Shown: positions 41,523 through 52,750, numbered from the stretch's first letter. The stretch is DNA of 64,000 nt from an uncultured Verrucomicrobiae bacterium (GCA_963764165.1 CAVXRD010000002.1:1152001-1216000); one strand, 5' to 3'. The notes: a model not told the origin generated them from the letters alone. A program made the numbers and translations.

Positions 41523-42841
41523 GTTTGGATCTTGACCGGGATTGACTCGACTGCTCCGACCGTCAGGTGTCGGCAGCGGATGCGTTGATCAAGGAATTCG
41601 TTCACCCGCTGACTGTGGAGTTGTTCCATCAGCGCTCGGCAAGAATCGGCAGATTTGTCGTGCGGTTCACAGACAATGAGATGGTTTTCGACGGCAACGG
41701 GCTTTGATCCGAGAATAACCGTCGCGGCAGCGCGGTACGGGTGGCCCGGGCGGGAAGTGCGCCGAAGCACTACGAAAGGGGGCTGGTAGGTAAGTCCTTC
41801 GTGTCGGCGCTTTTCGGAGATGCGTCTCACCTCCACCCAGGTTCCGATATTTCGCGGGTGAATGTACCGACGGAGCGGCCCGGCTTCTTTGTCGCGATGC
41901 GGGACGACACGGCCTACATGCACATCGAAGAAGTCAGCCACGGTTGACGCACGCGGGAGAGCGGGGGTTGTCCAAACATGCGGTGCCGGGTTCTGAGCCT
42001 CGACACGGCGGACAAGGCGCAATAAGAATACATCCACGTCGGCGCTATCGTCAAAGATTCCGTACGGTTGCACGAGTTGAATGTCTGCAAGTTGGCTGAC
42101 GCGCATCCGCCACCGTTCTGAGAATGAACCGGAGCGGAGAACTTCGGGCAAAATCGCAAGCATTTCTGCGCCATGGTTTGCACGTTCGAGCGCCGCAATC
42201 ACGAACGCTGCGGCCCCTGTGATGCGCCCTCCAGACCAAGTGCATTCTATGGGGGCGCACACTTGGCCGAAGGGGGGGTTGAGCAACATGTGTGTGGCGC
42301 GGTTGAACATTGCTTTTTGTTTGAGACCGTCCGCAACGCGGATGTTCGGGAAACATCCAGAACTGGAATTCAGCAATGCTTCGTCGGTCTTGTGTCGCTG
42401 ACGAGCCAAAAGAATGAGGCGTGTTTTTGCGCCCTCGACGAACTCATGGTGGAGGTCAGTTCCGGTGAGCTGCAGTCCCCACTGGCGTAACGTATCCAGC
42501 AGTGTTTCGCGAATCGGAAGTTTTTTGGCCGCCGCTATAAGCAGGTCGCCCATGCCGCAGGTTGGATCGTAAAAGACACTTGTCGAACCAAATTCCGTAC
42601 CGCAATCAATCAATTGTGAACCGAGATTGGTCCCCGTGAAAAACGCGCCGAATTTACGACGCGTTTCCACTGGAGCAACGCGTCGGAGTTCAATACTCGC
42701 CTGACCATTTAGAGCGGCGTCAACCCGTGTGTTCCAGTCAGGAGCGCGGTACGATTCCACCGCCAAACGTTTCAAACGGGAAACGTAAACGGAGTAATCG
42801 CTAAACGGGCTGCATTCGGCTTTTTTCAGCACGGCTGTCAA
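41504..42841 (-). CDS. N6-adenine DNA methyltransferase
   Basis: GAFFT, DPTCGMGDLL (motif I), NPPF (motif IV), followed by a TRD-like C-terminal region. Confidence 0.85.
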   Translation of the reverse strand: MTAVLKKAECSPFSDYSVYVSRLKRLAVESYRAPDWNTRVDAALNGQASIELRRVAPVETRRKFGAFFTGTNLGSQLIDCGTEFGSTSVFYDPTCGMGDLLIAAAKKLPIRETLLDTLRQWGLQLTGTDLHHEFVEGAKTRLILLARQRHKTDEALLNSSSGCFPNIRVADGLKQKAMFNRATHMLLNPPFGQVCAPIECTWSGGRITGAAAFVIAALERANHGAEMLAILPEVLRSGSFSERWRMRVSQLADIQLVQPYGIFDDSADVDVFLLRLVRRVEAQNPAPHVWTTPALPRASTVADFFDVHVGRVVPHRDKEAGPLRRYIHPRNIGTWVEVRRISEKRRHEGLTYQPPFVVLRRTSRPGHPYRAAATVILGSKPVAVENHLIVCEPHDKSADSCRALMEQLHSQRVNEFLDQRIRCRHLTVGAVESIPVKIQTCRNRS

Positions 42842-42956
42842 CGGGGATTCATTATCTCAGTAATCCCCTCTTAGTTCAATTCATCGTTTTCGCGCTATCG
42901 ATTAGCCAATCAGAAACTGCGCGTTCGAAATTCGCCGCCACGTAAGCGCCGTTACG

Positions 42957-43949
42957 TCAAAACTGCCGCAGGAACCGAATGTCGTTTTCGTAGAAGAGGC
43001 GGATGTCGTTGATGCCGTAGCGGATCATGGCGATGCGCTCTATCCCGAAACCGAAGGCCCAGCCGGTCCATTCTTCGGGGTCGTAGCCAACTTGCTCGAA
43101 TACTTTCGGATGCACCATGCCGCAGCCGGCAATTTCCAGCCAGTCTTTGCCCATCTTCTTGACTAACGGGCTGGAGAAATCGATTTCGAAGCTCGGCTCG
43201 GTGTAGGAGAAATAGTGCGGGCGGAAACGGATTTTGGTTTCGCTGCCGAGCAGTTCTCGAAAGACAAATTCGACGGTGCCTTTCAAATCGCTGACGGTGA
43301 CTTTGCGGTCCACGTAGAGGCCTTCGATTTGCTGGAAGGTTGGGTTGTGGGTGGCGTCGGGATTGTCGCGGCGGTAGACGCGGCCCGGCACGATGATGCG
43401 CACGGGAGGCGGCTGCTTTTCCATCACGCGGATTTGCACGGATGACGTGTGCGTGCGGAGCAATACCCGTTCGCTGGACTGCAAGTAAAAGGTGTCCTGC
43501 AAATCCCGCGCTGGATGATCGTCGGGGGTGTTCAGGGCGTCGAAGCAATGGTATTCGTCTTCGACCTCGGGGCCGTCGGCCACGGCGAAACCGATTTTGC
43601 GGAAACTGCGGACGATGTCTTCGGTGACCTGCGTGAGCGGGTGCAATTTGCCAAGCGGGCGGCGGCGGCCGGGAAGCGTGAAATCGGTGGGTTCCTTCGG
43701 CAGCGAGGCTTTGAGTTCCAATTCGGAACGGCGCTCGGTGAAGGCGGCGTCGAGTTCCCCTTTGGCTTGGTTGATGAGTTTGCCGGCGGCGGGGCGTTCC
43801 TCTTTCGGGAGCGCGCCCAATTGCTTCATCAGCGCGGTGAATTTGCCGTTGGGGCCGATCCATGCGCCTTTGGATTGATCCAAGGCGGCAAGATCGGCGG
43901 CGGCCTTGAAGTCGGCCAGCGCGGCTTGCTTAAGAGGTTCGATGTCCAT
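42957..43949 (-). CDS. pheS: Phenylalanine-tRNA ligase alpha subunit
   Basis: HPARDLQDTFY, LLRTHTS, FSYTEPS, AFGFGIERIAM. Confidence 0.97.
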   Translation of the reverse strand: MDIEPLKQAALADFKAAADLAALDQSKGAWIGPNGKFTALMKQLGALPKEERPAAGKLINQAKGELDAAFTERRSELELKASLPKEPTDFTLPGRRRPLGKLHPLTQVTEDIVRSFRKIGFAVADGPEVEDEYHCFDALNTPDDHPARDLQDTFYLQSSERVLLRTHTSSVQIRVMEKQPPPVRIIVPGRVYRRDNPDATHNPTFQQIEGLYVDRKVTVSDLKGTVEFVFRELLGSETKIRFRPHYFSYTEPSFEIDFSSPLVKKMGKDWLEIAGCGMVHPKVFEQVGYDPEEWTGWAFGFGIERIAMIRYGINDIRLFYENDIRFLRQF

Positions 43950-44014
43950 TGCGATTCGATCCGATGGACAGAAAATCGGAACGGCGGGAGGGCCGTTCCG
44001 ATATCAATCAGAAA

Positions 44015-44404
44015 TTACTTCGCGGCGGCGGCGGGAGCGGCTTTGGCCTTGGCCACGAGCGCACTCTTGGAGACTTCGACCAACGCGCTGAATGCGGCGG
44101 CGTCCGTCGCGGCCAAGTCAGCCAGAATCTTGCGATCCAAGGTGCATTGGGCGGCTTTCAGGCCTTCCATGAAGCGGCTGTAAGTGGTGCCGGCGGCCCG
44201 GGCGGCGGCGTTAATGCGCACCTGCCAGAGAGCGCGGTAATTGCGCTTCTTGGTCTTGCGATCGCGGAAGGCATACTGCATGCCGTGATCGAGGGCGTCG
44301 GAGGCGTAACGGTAAAGTTTGGAACGCTTGAGCCGAAAGCCTTTGGCGGCTTTGATTGTGCGGATGCGGCGTTTGCGGGAGGCTGGCGAATTTGTTACAC
44401 GCAT
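44015..44404 (-). CDS. rplT: 50S ribosomal protein L20
   Basis: YAFRDRKTKKRNYRALWQVRINAA, LDRKILADLA. Confidence 0.97.
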   Translation of the reverse strand: MRVTNSPASRKRRIRTIKAAKGFRLKRSKLYRYASDALDHGMQYAFRDRKTKKRNYRALWQVRINAAARAAGTTYSRFMEGLKAAQCTLDRKILADLAATDAAAFSALVEVSKSALVAKAKAAPAAAAK

Positions 44405-44427
44405 ATAAGTAAGTGGCGGCGGCCGGT

Positions 44428-44637
44428 TTAGTGGCTGAAGGGCAAATTCTGAAGGATGCGATAGGCATCCGTCTTATCGACCACTTTGGAAGTGCCGAGG
44501 CTGCGGCGCCGCTTCGAATTTTTGGTTTGAAGCAAGTGCCGCTTGCCTGCGCGTGAACGCAAAACTTTGCCCCGCGCGGTGATTTTAAACCGCTTGGCAA
44601 CTGCTTTTCTGGTCTTGATACCTTTAGGACGTCGCAT
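44428..44637 (-). CDS. rpmI: 50S ribosomal protein L35
   Basis: KTRKAVAKRFKITARGK..KRHLL. Confidence 0.95.
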   Translation of the reverse strand: MRRPKGIKTRKAVAKRFKITARGKVLRSRAGKRHLLQTKNSKRRRSLGTSKVVDKTDAYRILQNLPFSH

Positions 44638-44840
44638 AATAATCCTTTCCTTACAAAAGGACGCGCAATATAGATGGCTCGCTCGATGCACGCAAGATGT
44701 TTTTTTCAGATTTGTCACAATACCCACCTTGGCGGCAGGGCGAGCCTCGTGCCGAGCCTTCCCATTTGGCCCATTCCTGGCGGGAAGATAGGACGAATAG
44801 GCCCTATGGGACTTATAGGAGACGCCCTAACTTAAAGCCA

Positions 44841-45713
44841 ATGGACGATTTTTCTAACGCCGCGCTGGTGCTGATCGGCCATGGTTCGACTCTGAACGCC
44901 GATTCCGCCAACCCCACCTGGCAGCACACGGACGCTTTGCGCGGGCGCAACATTTTTTCCCAGGTGCAAGAGGCGCTTTGGAAGCAGGAACCTTACGTGT
45001 GGCAGGTTTTGCGCGGCGTTTTCGCGCCGCGCGTGTTTATTGTGCCACTGTTTATCAGCGAAGGTTATTTCACGGAAGAAGTTCTGCCGCGTGAATTGGG
45101 TTTTTGCGCGCCGGGCGAGACGAATTTTTCCCGCATTCAACAACGCGGCGAACAGACACTCTATTATTGCGGCCCAGTCGGAACGCATCCGAGCATGACG
45201 GAAGTGTTGCTGGCGCGAGCGCGGGATGTCGCGCAGAAGTTTCCGTTTCCGCGCGAGCCGAAACCAGCGGATACCGCCCTGTTTATCGCCGGGCACGGCA
45301 CTGGGAATAACGAGAATTCGCGCAAAGCCATCGAGCAGCAATCCGAACTGATTCGCCAGCGCGGCTTGTATGCGGAGGTGCATTCGGTGTTCATGGAGGA
45401 GGAGCCGCGCATTGCCGATTGCTGCAAGATCGCTGCCGTCAAAAATATTGTCATGGTGCCGTTTTTTATCAGCGACGGGCTGCATTCGTTTGAGGACATC
45501 CCGGTGATGCTGGGCGCGCCAGCAAACGTCGTGCGCGAACGGTTGGCGCAAGGCCAGCCGACTTGGCGGAATCCGACCGAGCGCGACGGAAAACGCATCT
45601 GGTATTCGGCCAGCATCGGCAACGAGCCGCATCTGCCGGATGTGATTTTGCAGCGCGTTCGCGAAGCGGCTGCCTCTGGCGCAAAGATCATCGCGCCAGC
45701 CGCCACTCGATGA
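44841..45713 (+). CDS. CbiX/SirB-type chelatase-like protein
   Basis: Two GHG motifs (LIGHGS, IAGHGT), VPLFISEG, VPFFISDGLH. Confidence 0.8.
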   Translation: MDDFSNAALVLIGHGSTLNADSANPTWQHTDALRGRNIFSQVQEALWKQEPYVWQVLRGVFAPRVFIVPLFISEGYFTEEVLPRELGFCAPGETNFSRIQQRGEQTLYYCGPVGTHPSMTEVLLARARDVAQKFPFPREPKPADTALFIAGHGTGNNENSRKAIEQQSELIRQRGLYAEVHSVFMEEEPRIADCCKIAAVKNIVMVPFFISDGLHSFEDIPVMLGAPANVVRERLAQGQPTWRNPTERDGKRIWYSASIGNEPHLPDVILQRVREAAASGAKIIAPAATR

Positions 45714-47350
45714 GCGCGGCGGCGTGGCAGGAACCGGCTCCCGCGCGCGCACGATGGTGGCTGGCCGCTTGCACGCTCGCCTGCCTGCTGCCGTTCCTGG
45801 GCAAGGCGTTCCACATGGACGATCCGCTGTTCATTTGGACGGCACGGCATATTCAATCGCGTCCGCTCGATTTCTACGGATTCAGCGTGAATTGGGGTTA
45901 CGCGGAAATGCCGATGACGACTAACATGCAAAATCCCCCGCTCTCTTCCTATTATCTCGCGCTGGTGGGAACGCTTCTCGGCTGGAGTGAAAACGCGCTG
46001 CATTTTGGTTTTCTTGCGCCGGCACTCGCGCTGATTTTGGGGACATACGAATTGGCGCGGAAGCTGTGTGCGCGACCGTTTTTCGCCGCCCTTGCCACAC
46101 TCGCCACGCCCGTGTTCCTGCTCTCCAGCACGAGCGTCATGTGCGATACGATGATGGCCGCATTCTGGGTTTGGGCGGTTTATTTGTGGGTGAGCGGGTT
46201 GGAGAATCGAATGCACGGACGCTTGCTGCTGGCGGTGGTTTTCGTCAGCGCGAGTGGATTGACGAAATACTTTGGTTTTGCGCTGGTTCCGTTGCTCGCG
46301 GCACATTCGCTTTTCATGGTGCGCAAATTGGGATGGTGGCTGGCATACTTGGCCGTTCCGCTCCTTGTCATGGGAGTTTTCGAATGGTGGACGGCGCGGC
46401 TTTATGGAAACGGCTTGCTGTCGAACGCCGCCAATTACGTTGCGAATCTGAGCGTATCATCAGGCGCTTATGCGAAAACCGTAACCACGCTCTCGTTTTG
46501 CGGCGGATGCCTCATCATTGCGCTGGCGGCGCTGCCGTGGCTTTGGGGCAGGCGCGGTTTGGTTATTGCGCTGACGGGAATCGTCTTGACAGCGGGAATT
46601 CTGGTTCTCAAAGGGCGCCTGGGAGAATTCGCAATTGTCGACGGCGGGCATGTTCGGTGGCCGTGTCTCGTACAATTGGCCGTTTTTGTGGTCGGCGGCA
46701 TCGCTGTCGCGTGGCTGGCCGTTGTCGGCGAACTTCAAAATCGGAGCGCGGATTCAATGCTGCTGCTGTTGTGGATTGCAGGGGTGATGACGTTCGTTGG
46801 CGCGCTGAATTGGACAGTGGCAGGACGCAACATTCTCCCGATGGCGCCCGCCGTTGCTATTCTGGTGGTACGGCAGTTGGAGCGGCGCGGAATTTCCCCG
46901 CGAAGTTACGCATGGCCATTGGGAATCTCGGCAGCGCTAGCGCTGTTGGTGACTTGGGCTGACGCGCAAGCCGCCGGGACGCAACGTGATGCCGCCAATT
47001 CCTTAACGACGCAGCTAAAGCCGAAGTTCGCCACGGTCTCCTTTGAAGGCCATTGGGGTTTTCAGTATTACATGGAGCAACTCGGCGCGAAATCGCTGTC
47101 CCGTTACCCATTGGTTCTGGAAACCAACCAAGTGGTGGTCATTCCGATGGAAAACACATGCATTTTCCGATTGCCGCAGACACAGGTCGAGCCCTTCGCC
47201 ACATTGCAAGTGACTCCAGTAAAGTGGCTTACCTTGCAGAGCCTCAGCTTGGGAGCGGGATACTATTCAGACGCTTGGGGACCTGCGCCGTTTTTATTCG
47301 GCAAGACGGCTGCGGAAACGTATTGGGTGATTCGCACAACCCAACATTGA
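45710..47350 (+). CDS. Polytopic GT-C glycosyltransferase (ArnT/PMT-like)
   Basis: MDDPLF, NPPL, many TM helices, LTKY. Confidence 0.75.
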   Translation: MSAAAWQEPAPARARWWLAACTLACLLPFLGKAFHMDDPLFIWTARHIQSRPLDFYGFSVNWGYAEMPMTTNMQNPPLSSYYLALVGTLLGWSENALHFGFLAPALALILGTYELARKLCARPFFAALATLATPVFLLSSTSVMCDTMMAAFWVWAVYLWVSGLENRMHGRLLLAVVFVSASGLTKYFGFALVPLLAAHSLFMVRKLGWWLAYLAVPLLVMGVFEWWTARLYGNGLLSNAANYVANLSVSSGAYAKTVTTLSFCGGCLIIALAALPWLWGRRGLVIALTGIVLTAGILVLKGRLGEFAIVDGGHVRWPCLVQLAVFVVGGIAVAWLAVVGELQNRSADSMLLLLWIAGVMTFVGALNWTVAGRNILPMAPAVAILVVRQLERRGISPRSYAWPLGISAALALLVTWADAQAAGTQRDAANSLTTQLKPKFATVSFEGHWGFQYYMEQLGAKSLSRYPLVLETNQVVVIPMENTCIFRLPQTQVEPFATLQVTPVKWLTLQSLSLGAGYYSDAWGPAPFLFGKTAAETYWVIRTTQH

Positions 47351-47380
47351 CCCGACCCATAAATATGGTAGGCTCCGCTT

Positions 47381-47644
47381 GTGAAGACAACGATTGAAGT
47401 CCCAGGCGCAACGTTGCGTCGCGCTAAGAATGCCGCCACCTCACGCGGAATCAGTCTCAAGCAGTTTTTCACGGAAGCCTTGGAGGACAAGCTCAAGGGA
47501 ACGTCTATGTCAGTCTCGGAGCCAGCCTGGTTGAAACTGGCGGGCGCGTTCGGGAAAACCGCCTCCGAACGCGCGGAGACGCGCAGCATTCAGGATCGCA
47601 TTGATGCGGAGTTCGAGATATTGGAATCCGAGGACGCGCTGTGA
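47381..47644 (+). CDS. Antitoxin (VapB-like)
   Basis: MKTTIEVPGATLRRAK..GISLKQFFTEALE; preceded by TTGACC-16-TAGGCT 6 nt upstream. Confidence 0.8.
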   Translation: MKTTIEVPGATLRRAKNAATSRGISLKQFFTEALEDKLKGTSMSVSEPAWLKLAGAFGKTASERAETRSIQDRIDAEFEILESEDAL

Positions 47645-48018
47645 TTGTGGACACGAACGCCATTTCCGCTTTCGCGGTGGGCGACCCATCCGTTCGTGAG
47701 AAGATCGCTGCCGGACCAGGGCCGTACCTTCCGGTTATCGTCCTTGGGGAATATTGTTTCGGCCTGCTGGAATCCCGCGAACGCGACCGCCGCCTTGCTT
47801 GGCTGAAAGAATTGACCCGGCACTGGACCGTGCTGGAAGTCTCCGCGGAAACCGCCGCGACCTACGCCGAGCTTCGTCAAGCCCTTAAACAACGAGCCAC
47901 ACCCATCCCCTCCAACGATGTCTGGATTGCTGCCTTGGCACGGCAACATAATTTATCTGTCCTGAGCGCCGATTCTCATTTCGACAGCGTTCCTGGCGTT
48001 CGCCGGATCAGATGGTGA
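47641..48018 (+). CDS. vapC: VapC PIN toxin
   Basis: VDTNA, VLGEY, PIPSNDVWIAA, SADSHF. Confidence 0.9.
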   Translation: MIVDTNAISAFAVGDPSVREKIAAGPGPYLPVIVLGEYCFGLLESRERDRRLAWLKELTRHWTVLEVSAETAATYAELRQALKQRATPIPSNDVWIAALARQHNLSVLSADSHFDSVPGVRRIRW

Positions 48019-48157
48019 CTGGAAGAATGAATGTTCCCGAGGATTTGATTCGCTTTGTCCACTCGTAAAGCAGAGTGATAAATTTGCGAAATAGTAAATA
48101 ATCGCTTGCGCAGGGAGAGGATGGCCCGTAAGGTGTCGTCCGCAGGCAAAACTGGAT

Positions 48158-48234
<77 letters not shown>

Positions 48235-48788
48235 ATTTCAGCCCTAAAGCATCCGTTTTTAGGGCCCATTTTTCAAGCACTTGCAACTTCCCCACGCTTT
48301 TGAGTTCATTCTGTGAAACATAGGGGTACATCCTGAAAAACGCCGAATAAAAACCACACATCCGCCCACACAGAGATAGCCTTGCGGCTCCTTCTATTTA
48401 CGAGGACCGTTTCTGCGGTGGCTGAAACACTCCTCAGAGCCCAGATGTTGACGAGTTGAATTTTTCGGCTGACCGGATGGCGTAACGAATCAATCCCCTG
48501 ATGGCGGTCCCTTCGCGAGCCCCGAATTACGAGCCTTTGTGGCAGGAGCTGTCACTCAACGCTGCGTGTGGGTGGATTGCTTATGGCGTCGCGGGGTAGA
48601 ATATCCAATATCCTCGCGGCCTCATGGCGGTCATGCTTGATTGATTCCAACCCTGGCAGAACAAAAACCGTGAAAAGCGCTAAAGCGTTTGACGACAATT
48701 ATAATTTTCCGAAAATAATAATTGCGTTGATCAATAGCGGGTTTGGAACCCGGGATGCAGCAGACTTGGAAGTCTGCTCTGCCATTCG

Positions 48789-49820
48789 TCACAGGCCAAG
48801 CTGAACGGCCTTTTGAAACACGGCGCCGGGCTTCACGGCGTGCAGGCACGCCAGCGGTTCAGAATTGGCGCAGCGGCCTTTCATGCATGGGACGCACGAT
48901 AATTCCGTCGCTTGGAAGACATTATGGAGCTGGCCATATGGACCCGTGTTCCACGGTGCCGTTGGGCCAAAAACCGCGACCACCGGACGCCGCAAGGCCG
49001 CCGCCACGTGCATCGGGCCGGTGTCATTCGTAATCGTCAATCTGCCAAGGCGAATCCACTCGATCATTTCGTCCAGCGTGGTGGATCCCGCCAGGTTCAA
49101 ACAACGGCCCGGCGCGGCTTTGGCGATTTCCTCGCCCAGCGGACGCTCATCAGGACTGCCGAGCACCACCATTTTCACATCCGGCAATGCGCTGAATTTT
49201 TTGGTGAGTTCAACAAAATTATTGACAGGCCATCGCTTGTTATCCCATCGCCCGCCGGGCAGCATCACAACCCAGCGGGCGTTTTGCGCGCCACCCCCCC
49301 AGGCATCGCTGATGCGTCCGGCCGCTGCCGCGCACATTGGCAGCCACTCGAAATCCCAATGGATTGGAACATTGAGCAACGGCAGAACAGACATGTAGCG
49401 GTCCACCGCATGCACACCGTCCAGCGCCCGCGGCGGAGTCAGGTCGTACATCGCCCTCGCTCCTTCGCGCCCGCCTTCGCGCAGATTATCAAGCCCCAGG
49501 GTCGTCGTGGCATTGGACAGCCAGGCGAACATGCTGCTGCGGGCCAGTCCCTGCAAATCGATGGCCAAATCGAAATGCTCGTCGCGCATCGATTTCACGA
49601 TCGAATAAATTTCCCGCCAATGACGCGGGGCGGCCCAGCGTTTGCGGTTGAAGGCGTAAATGCCGGTGAGGTCGGGATCGTTCTGCAGGAGCGGAACCAG
49701 CTTCTCATCCAGCCACCAATGAATGCGGCTGTCGGGCCAATGTCGTTTGAGCAGGCGCAGAACAGGCAGCGCGTGGATGACATCGCCCAGCGAACTAGGC
49801 TTGAGAATCAGTATTTTCAA
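48789..49820 (-). CDS. GT9 LPS heptosyltransferase
   Basis: KPSSLGDVIH, DLQGL, KRWP, NDTGPMHVAAA, FGPT. Confidence 0.9.
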   Translation of the reverse strand: MKILILKPSSLGDVIHALPVLRLLKRHWPDSRIHWWLDEKLVPLLQNDPDLTGIYAFNRKRWAAPRHWREIYSIVKSMRDEHFDLAIDLQGLARSSMFAWLSNATTTLGLDNLREGGREGARAMYDLTPPRALDGVHAVDRYMSVLPLLNVPIHWDFEWLPMCAAAAGRISDAWGGGAQNARWVVMLPGGRWDNKRWPVNNFVELTKKFSALPDVKMVVLGSPDERPLGEEIAKAAPGRCLNLAGSTTLDEMIEWIRLGRLTITNDTGPMHVAAALRRPVVAVFGPTAPWNTGPYGQLHNVFQATELSCVPCMKGRCANSEPLACLHAVKPGAVFQKAVQLGL

Positions 49821-49865
49821 AGCCCGATGGCTTTTTTCAGACTGTGTTGGTTGCGGCGGACGGGA

Positions 49866-50588
49866 CTACTTTCCGACGGCCAGGCGCTCCGCCAGACGCG
49901 GCGGCAGGCCCGCGTCCAAAATCTTTTTCTGGGCTGTGGGAATGTCGTAATCGAGGCGGCGCAGTTCAATTGAGCCTTCGTCCATGTCGTAAACAACATA
50001 AGCCGCCTTCGGATTGCCGTCGCGGGGCTGGCCCACGGCGCCGACGTTGACAAAATATTTCCGGCCCGGTTCCACGCGGAATTTCGAGTAGGTGCCCCCG
50101 CGAATGACGTTCTCGCGAATAAACGCCACCGGCACATGCGTGTGGCCAAAAAAACAAACGGGCGTGTTCTGGTAAGTGAAGCTGGCGGCGGCGGCCAGTT
50201 TCTCGAAGACGTAACCCCATCGCTGCGGGCCATCCAGCGTCGCGTGGACGATGGTGAAACTCGTGACGAGCCGCACGTATTTCAAATCGGCCAGCCATTT
50301 TTTATCGTCATCGGTGAGTTGTTTGCGCGTCCAATTGACGGCTTCGGCGGCGTGGGGATTGAAGCCTTCAGTGGCTTCGCTGCTGGAGCAATATTCGTCG
50401 TGGTTGCCTTTAACTGTGGGGATATTCATGGCCCGGATGGTGTCCAGGCATTCTTTGGGATTGGCGTTATAACCGACGACATCGCCGAGGCAGGCGACGT
50501 GCGTGCATTTCTGCTTCTCGATGTCGTTCAGAACGACCTGAAAAGCCTCCAGGTTGCCGTGGATATCTGCAATAATGGCGTACTTCAT
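49866..50588 (-). CDS. Metallophosphoesterase
   Basis: DIHGN, GDVVGY, GNHD, GHTH. Confidence 0.92.
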   Translation of the reverse strand: MKYAIIADIHGNLEAFQVVLNDIEKQKCTHVACLGDVVGYNANPKECLDTIRAMNIPTVKGNHDEYCSSSEATEGFNPHAAEAVNWTRKQLTDDDKKWLADLKYVRLVTSFTIVHATLDGPQRWGYVFEKLAAAASFTYQNTPVCFFGHTHVPVAFIRENVIRGGTYSKFRVEPGRKYFVNVGAVGQPRDGNPKAAYVVYDMDEGSIELRRLDYDIPTAQKKILDAGLPPRLAERLAVGK

Positions 50589-50612
50589 TTTGCCCCAGCT
50601 AATCTACCGCAC

Positions 50613-50891
50613 TCAATGCGTGATTTCAAAACCGCGAAATTCATTAATTGCCTCCGACCAAACGGTCTGTTCCTGCCGAATGAAACGGCCGACTTCGGAT
50701 TTCCGAACGGCCTCCAGAAACGCGTCCAATTCCTCTTTTGCCCCTTCCGCCATCAATTCGACCCGGCCGTCCTCCAGATTGCGGACGGTGCCGGTGACCT
50801 CAAACCCTGTGGTCAGAGACTTGACGGTATAACGAAACCCGACCCCCTGGACCCGCCCTGAGTATAGATTTTTCACTCTATGTCGCTTCAT
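50613..50891 (-). CDS. acyP: Acylphosphatase
   Basis: [21 protein letters not shown]. Confidence 0.9.
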   Translation of the reverse strand: MKRHRVKNLYSGRVQGVGFRYTVKSLTTGFEVTGTVRNLEDGRVELMAEGAKEELDAFLEAVRKSEVGRFIRQEQTVWSEAINEFRGFEITH

Positions 50892-51121
50892 CCACCATGA
50901 ACCGTCAATAAGCCAGAGCAAGTGCCCTCGCGCAACTGAATTATCGCGAATTGTGACGATTCCGTGCAGCGTGAGTGGCGCATCGTGCGGGGCAGTACGC
51001 GGCTGCTTGGGCGGCATTCGTTGTTGGCAGAAGATGATAGGAACAATAGGACGAATGGGACCTATGGGCCTTATTTCTTGCTGGCCCTTGCTCAATTTTG
51101 CGGCTAACCATTGGCCGGGGA

Positions 51122-52591
51122 ATGCGCTTCGCCACCGGTCAATTTTCCGCGACAACCACTTGGCCGCTGGTGGTTCGGGAATTGCGCATGGAATCGCGGA
51201 GGGGCATCAACTACGGGCTCCGTGTCCTGACGGCTTCGGTGCTGGTGGCCGGCCTCGCGGGATTTCTGGCCACGACGCTGCTCGATCCTTCGCAACTGGG
51301 CGGGGCGCTTTTCAATGTCCTGTACACCTCGCTGCTGCTCGCCATGTGGATCGTGGTGCCGATGATGACGGCCGATTGTGTCAGCCGGGAAAAACGGGAA
51401 GGAACATTGGGGTTGCTCTTTTTGACGCCATTGACTGTAACCGACGTGCTGGTGGGTAAAGCCGCGACCCATGTTTTGCGTGCAGTCACCTTGCTCCTGG
51501 CGTCGATGCCAATGTTGGTGCTGCCCTTTATTTTGGGCGGCGTAGACTGGCAGCAGGGTGTGATAGGCGTTGTCATGCTGGCCAACGCGCTGTTGCTGGG
51601 GATGGCTGCGGGACTTTACGCCTCCGCGAAAGGCGGCAGCGCAATCCAGGTGATGGTAATGGCGGAAGTCTATGCGCTGGCGCCGGCTGTAATCACCGCC
51701 ATTTTTGCAAGCCTTTCCGGTGCGACAGCGGCCCCGGGTGTAATAGGTTTGGCTTGGGTAGTTGTCACGACACTCTATTTCACGCTTCTGGTATTCGCGC
51801 TGATGATCTCGGCCAGCGTGCGCGTATTGCGCGAGACATGGGATCAGGATCCAGCGGCGCCTGAAAAACCTCGATGGGTTGTCCTGTTTTCCGATTCCGA
51901 ATATTGGCGCGAGCTATTCCATTGGGAGCATAGCCGCACACTCGATAATAATCCGATGTCCTGGCTGCAGGAATACTCCTGGACTGCGCGCCTCACGAAA
52001 TGGGGATGGTTCCTCTCAATGCTGGTTGCTGAATTTTTTGAGATCTTCGGTTTCCCCGGTTATCAGCAGCAACTGATCATCATTGTCTCGCTCGGTCTGG
52101 CGTTCAGCGCCACTGGAAGTTTTCGGCGCGAAAGGCAGACCGGACTGCTGGAAGTCCTCCTCGTGACGCCGTTGTCAGCGCGGCAACTCATGATCGGAAG
52201 GTTGTGGGGCATCTTCTGCCATTTTTCGCCTGCTTTGGTGTTGCTGATGGTGTGCTGGGATGGAGACCGGCAATTGAATTACAAGCAATTTGACAGTAAT
52301 CCCTTCTCGGCGGTGGTGCCCAACCCAATAGCTTTTGGCTCGTTGATGGTGACCGGTCTCTACCTTTCGCTCTGGCGCCTGAATTTTCTGGTGGTGTGGC
52401 TGCTGGCGTGGGCGCTGGCTTTTTTCCTGCCGGCAGTTGCCACCATCACCCTCATGCGCATGGGTGGTTTTCCTCTGGCATCGAGCGTTGGCTTCGTCTC
52501 TTTTTACCAACTTATACTGGGCGTCATCTGCTGGTTTCTCATGCACCGCAACCTTGAGGAACGCAGGTTTGTCAACAAGGATGCGGCGTGA
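51122..52591 (+). CDS. ABC-2-type permease with duplicated domain
   Basis: [15 protein letters not shown] and [15 protein letters not shown]. Confidence 0.8.
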   Translation: MRFATGQFSATTTWPLVVRELRMESRRGINYGLRVLTASVLVAGLAGFLATTLLDPSQLGGALFNVLYTSLLLAMWIVVPMMTADCVSREKREGTLGLLFLTPLTVTDVLVGKAATHVLRAVTLLLASMPMLVLPFILGGVDWQQGVIGVVMLANALLLGMAAGLYASAKGGSAIQVMVMAEVYALAPAVITAIFASLSGATAAPGVIGLAWVVVTTLYFTLLVFALMISASVRVLRETWDQDPAAPEKPRWVVLFSDSEYWRELFHWEHSRTLDNNPMSWLQEYSWTARLTKWGWFLSMLVAEFFEIFGFPGYQQQLIIIVSLGLAFSATGSFRRERQTGLLEVLLVTPLSARQLMIGRLWGIFCHFSPALVLLMVCWDGDRQLNYKQFDSNPFSAVVPNPIAFGSLMVTGLYLSLWRLNFLVVWLLAWALAFFLPAVATITLMRMGGFPLASSVGFVSFYQLILGVICWFLMHRNLEERRFVNKDAA

Positions 52592-52750
52592 GGCGCGTGC
52601 GGACTGCGGAATCCATGGGAAACGAGCGCGGCTACTCCCCACGAGGTCCATGTCCTCAATCATCATTCTATCTATACACCCACACAGATGCTAAAAAGTA
52701 ACTCCTCTTTTCCTGTGGAGTCTCCCGCGCGACTGGTCTTGCAAAACAAT

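Noticed and set aside
39089..42841. Prophage
   Set aside because: No integrase, capsid, portal or large terminase genes.
48235..48620. Integrated element at tRNA-fMet
   Set aside because: No integrase or 3'-tRNA duplication found; only a 9-bp match (tcgcggggt, ~48589) to the tRNA 5' end, compatible with chance.
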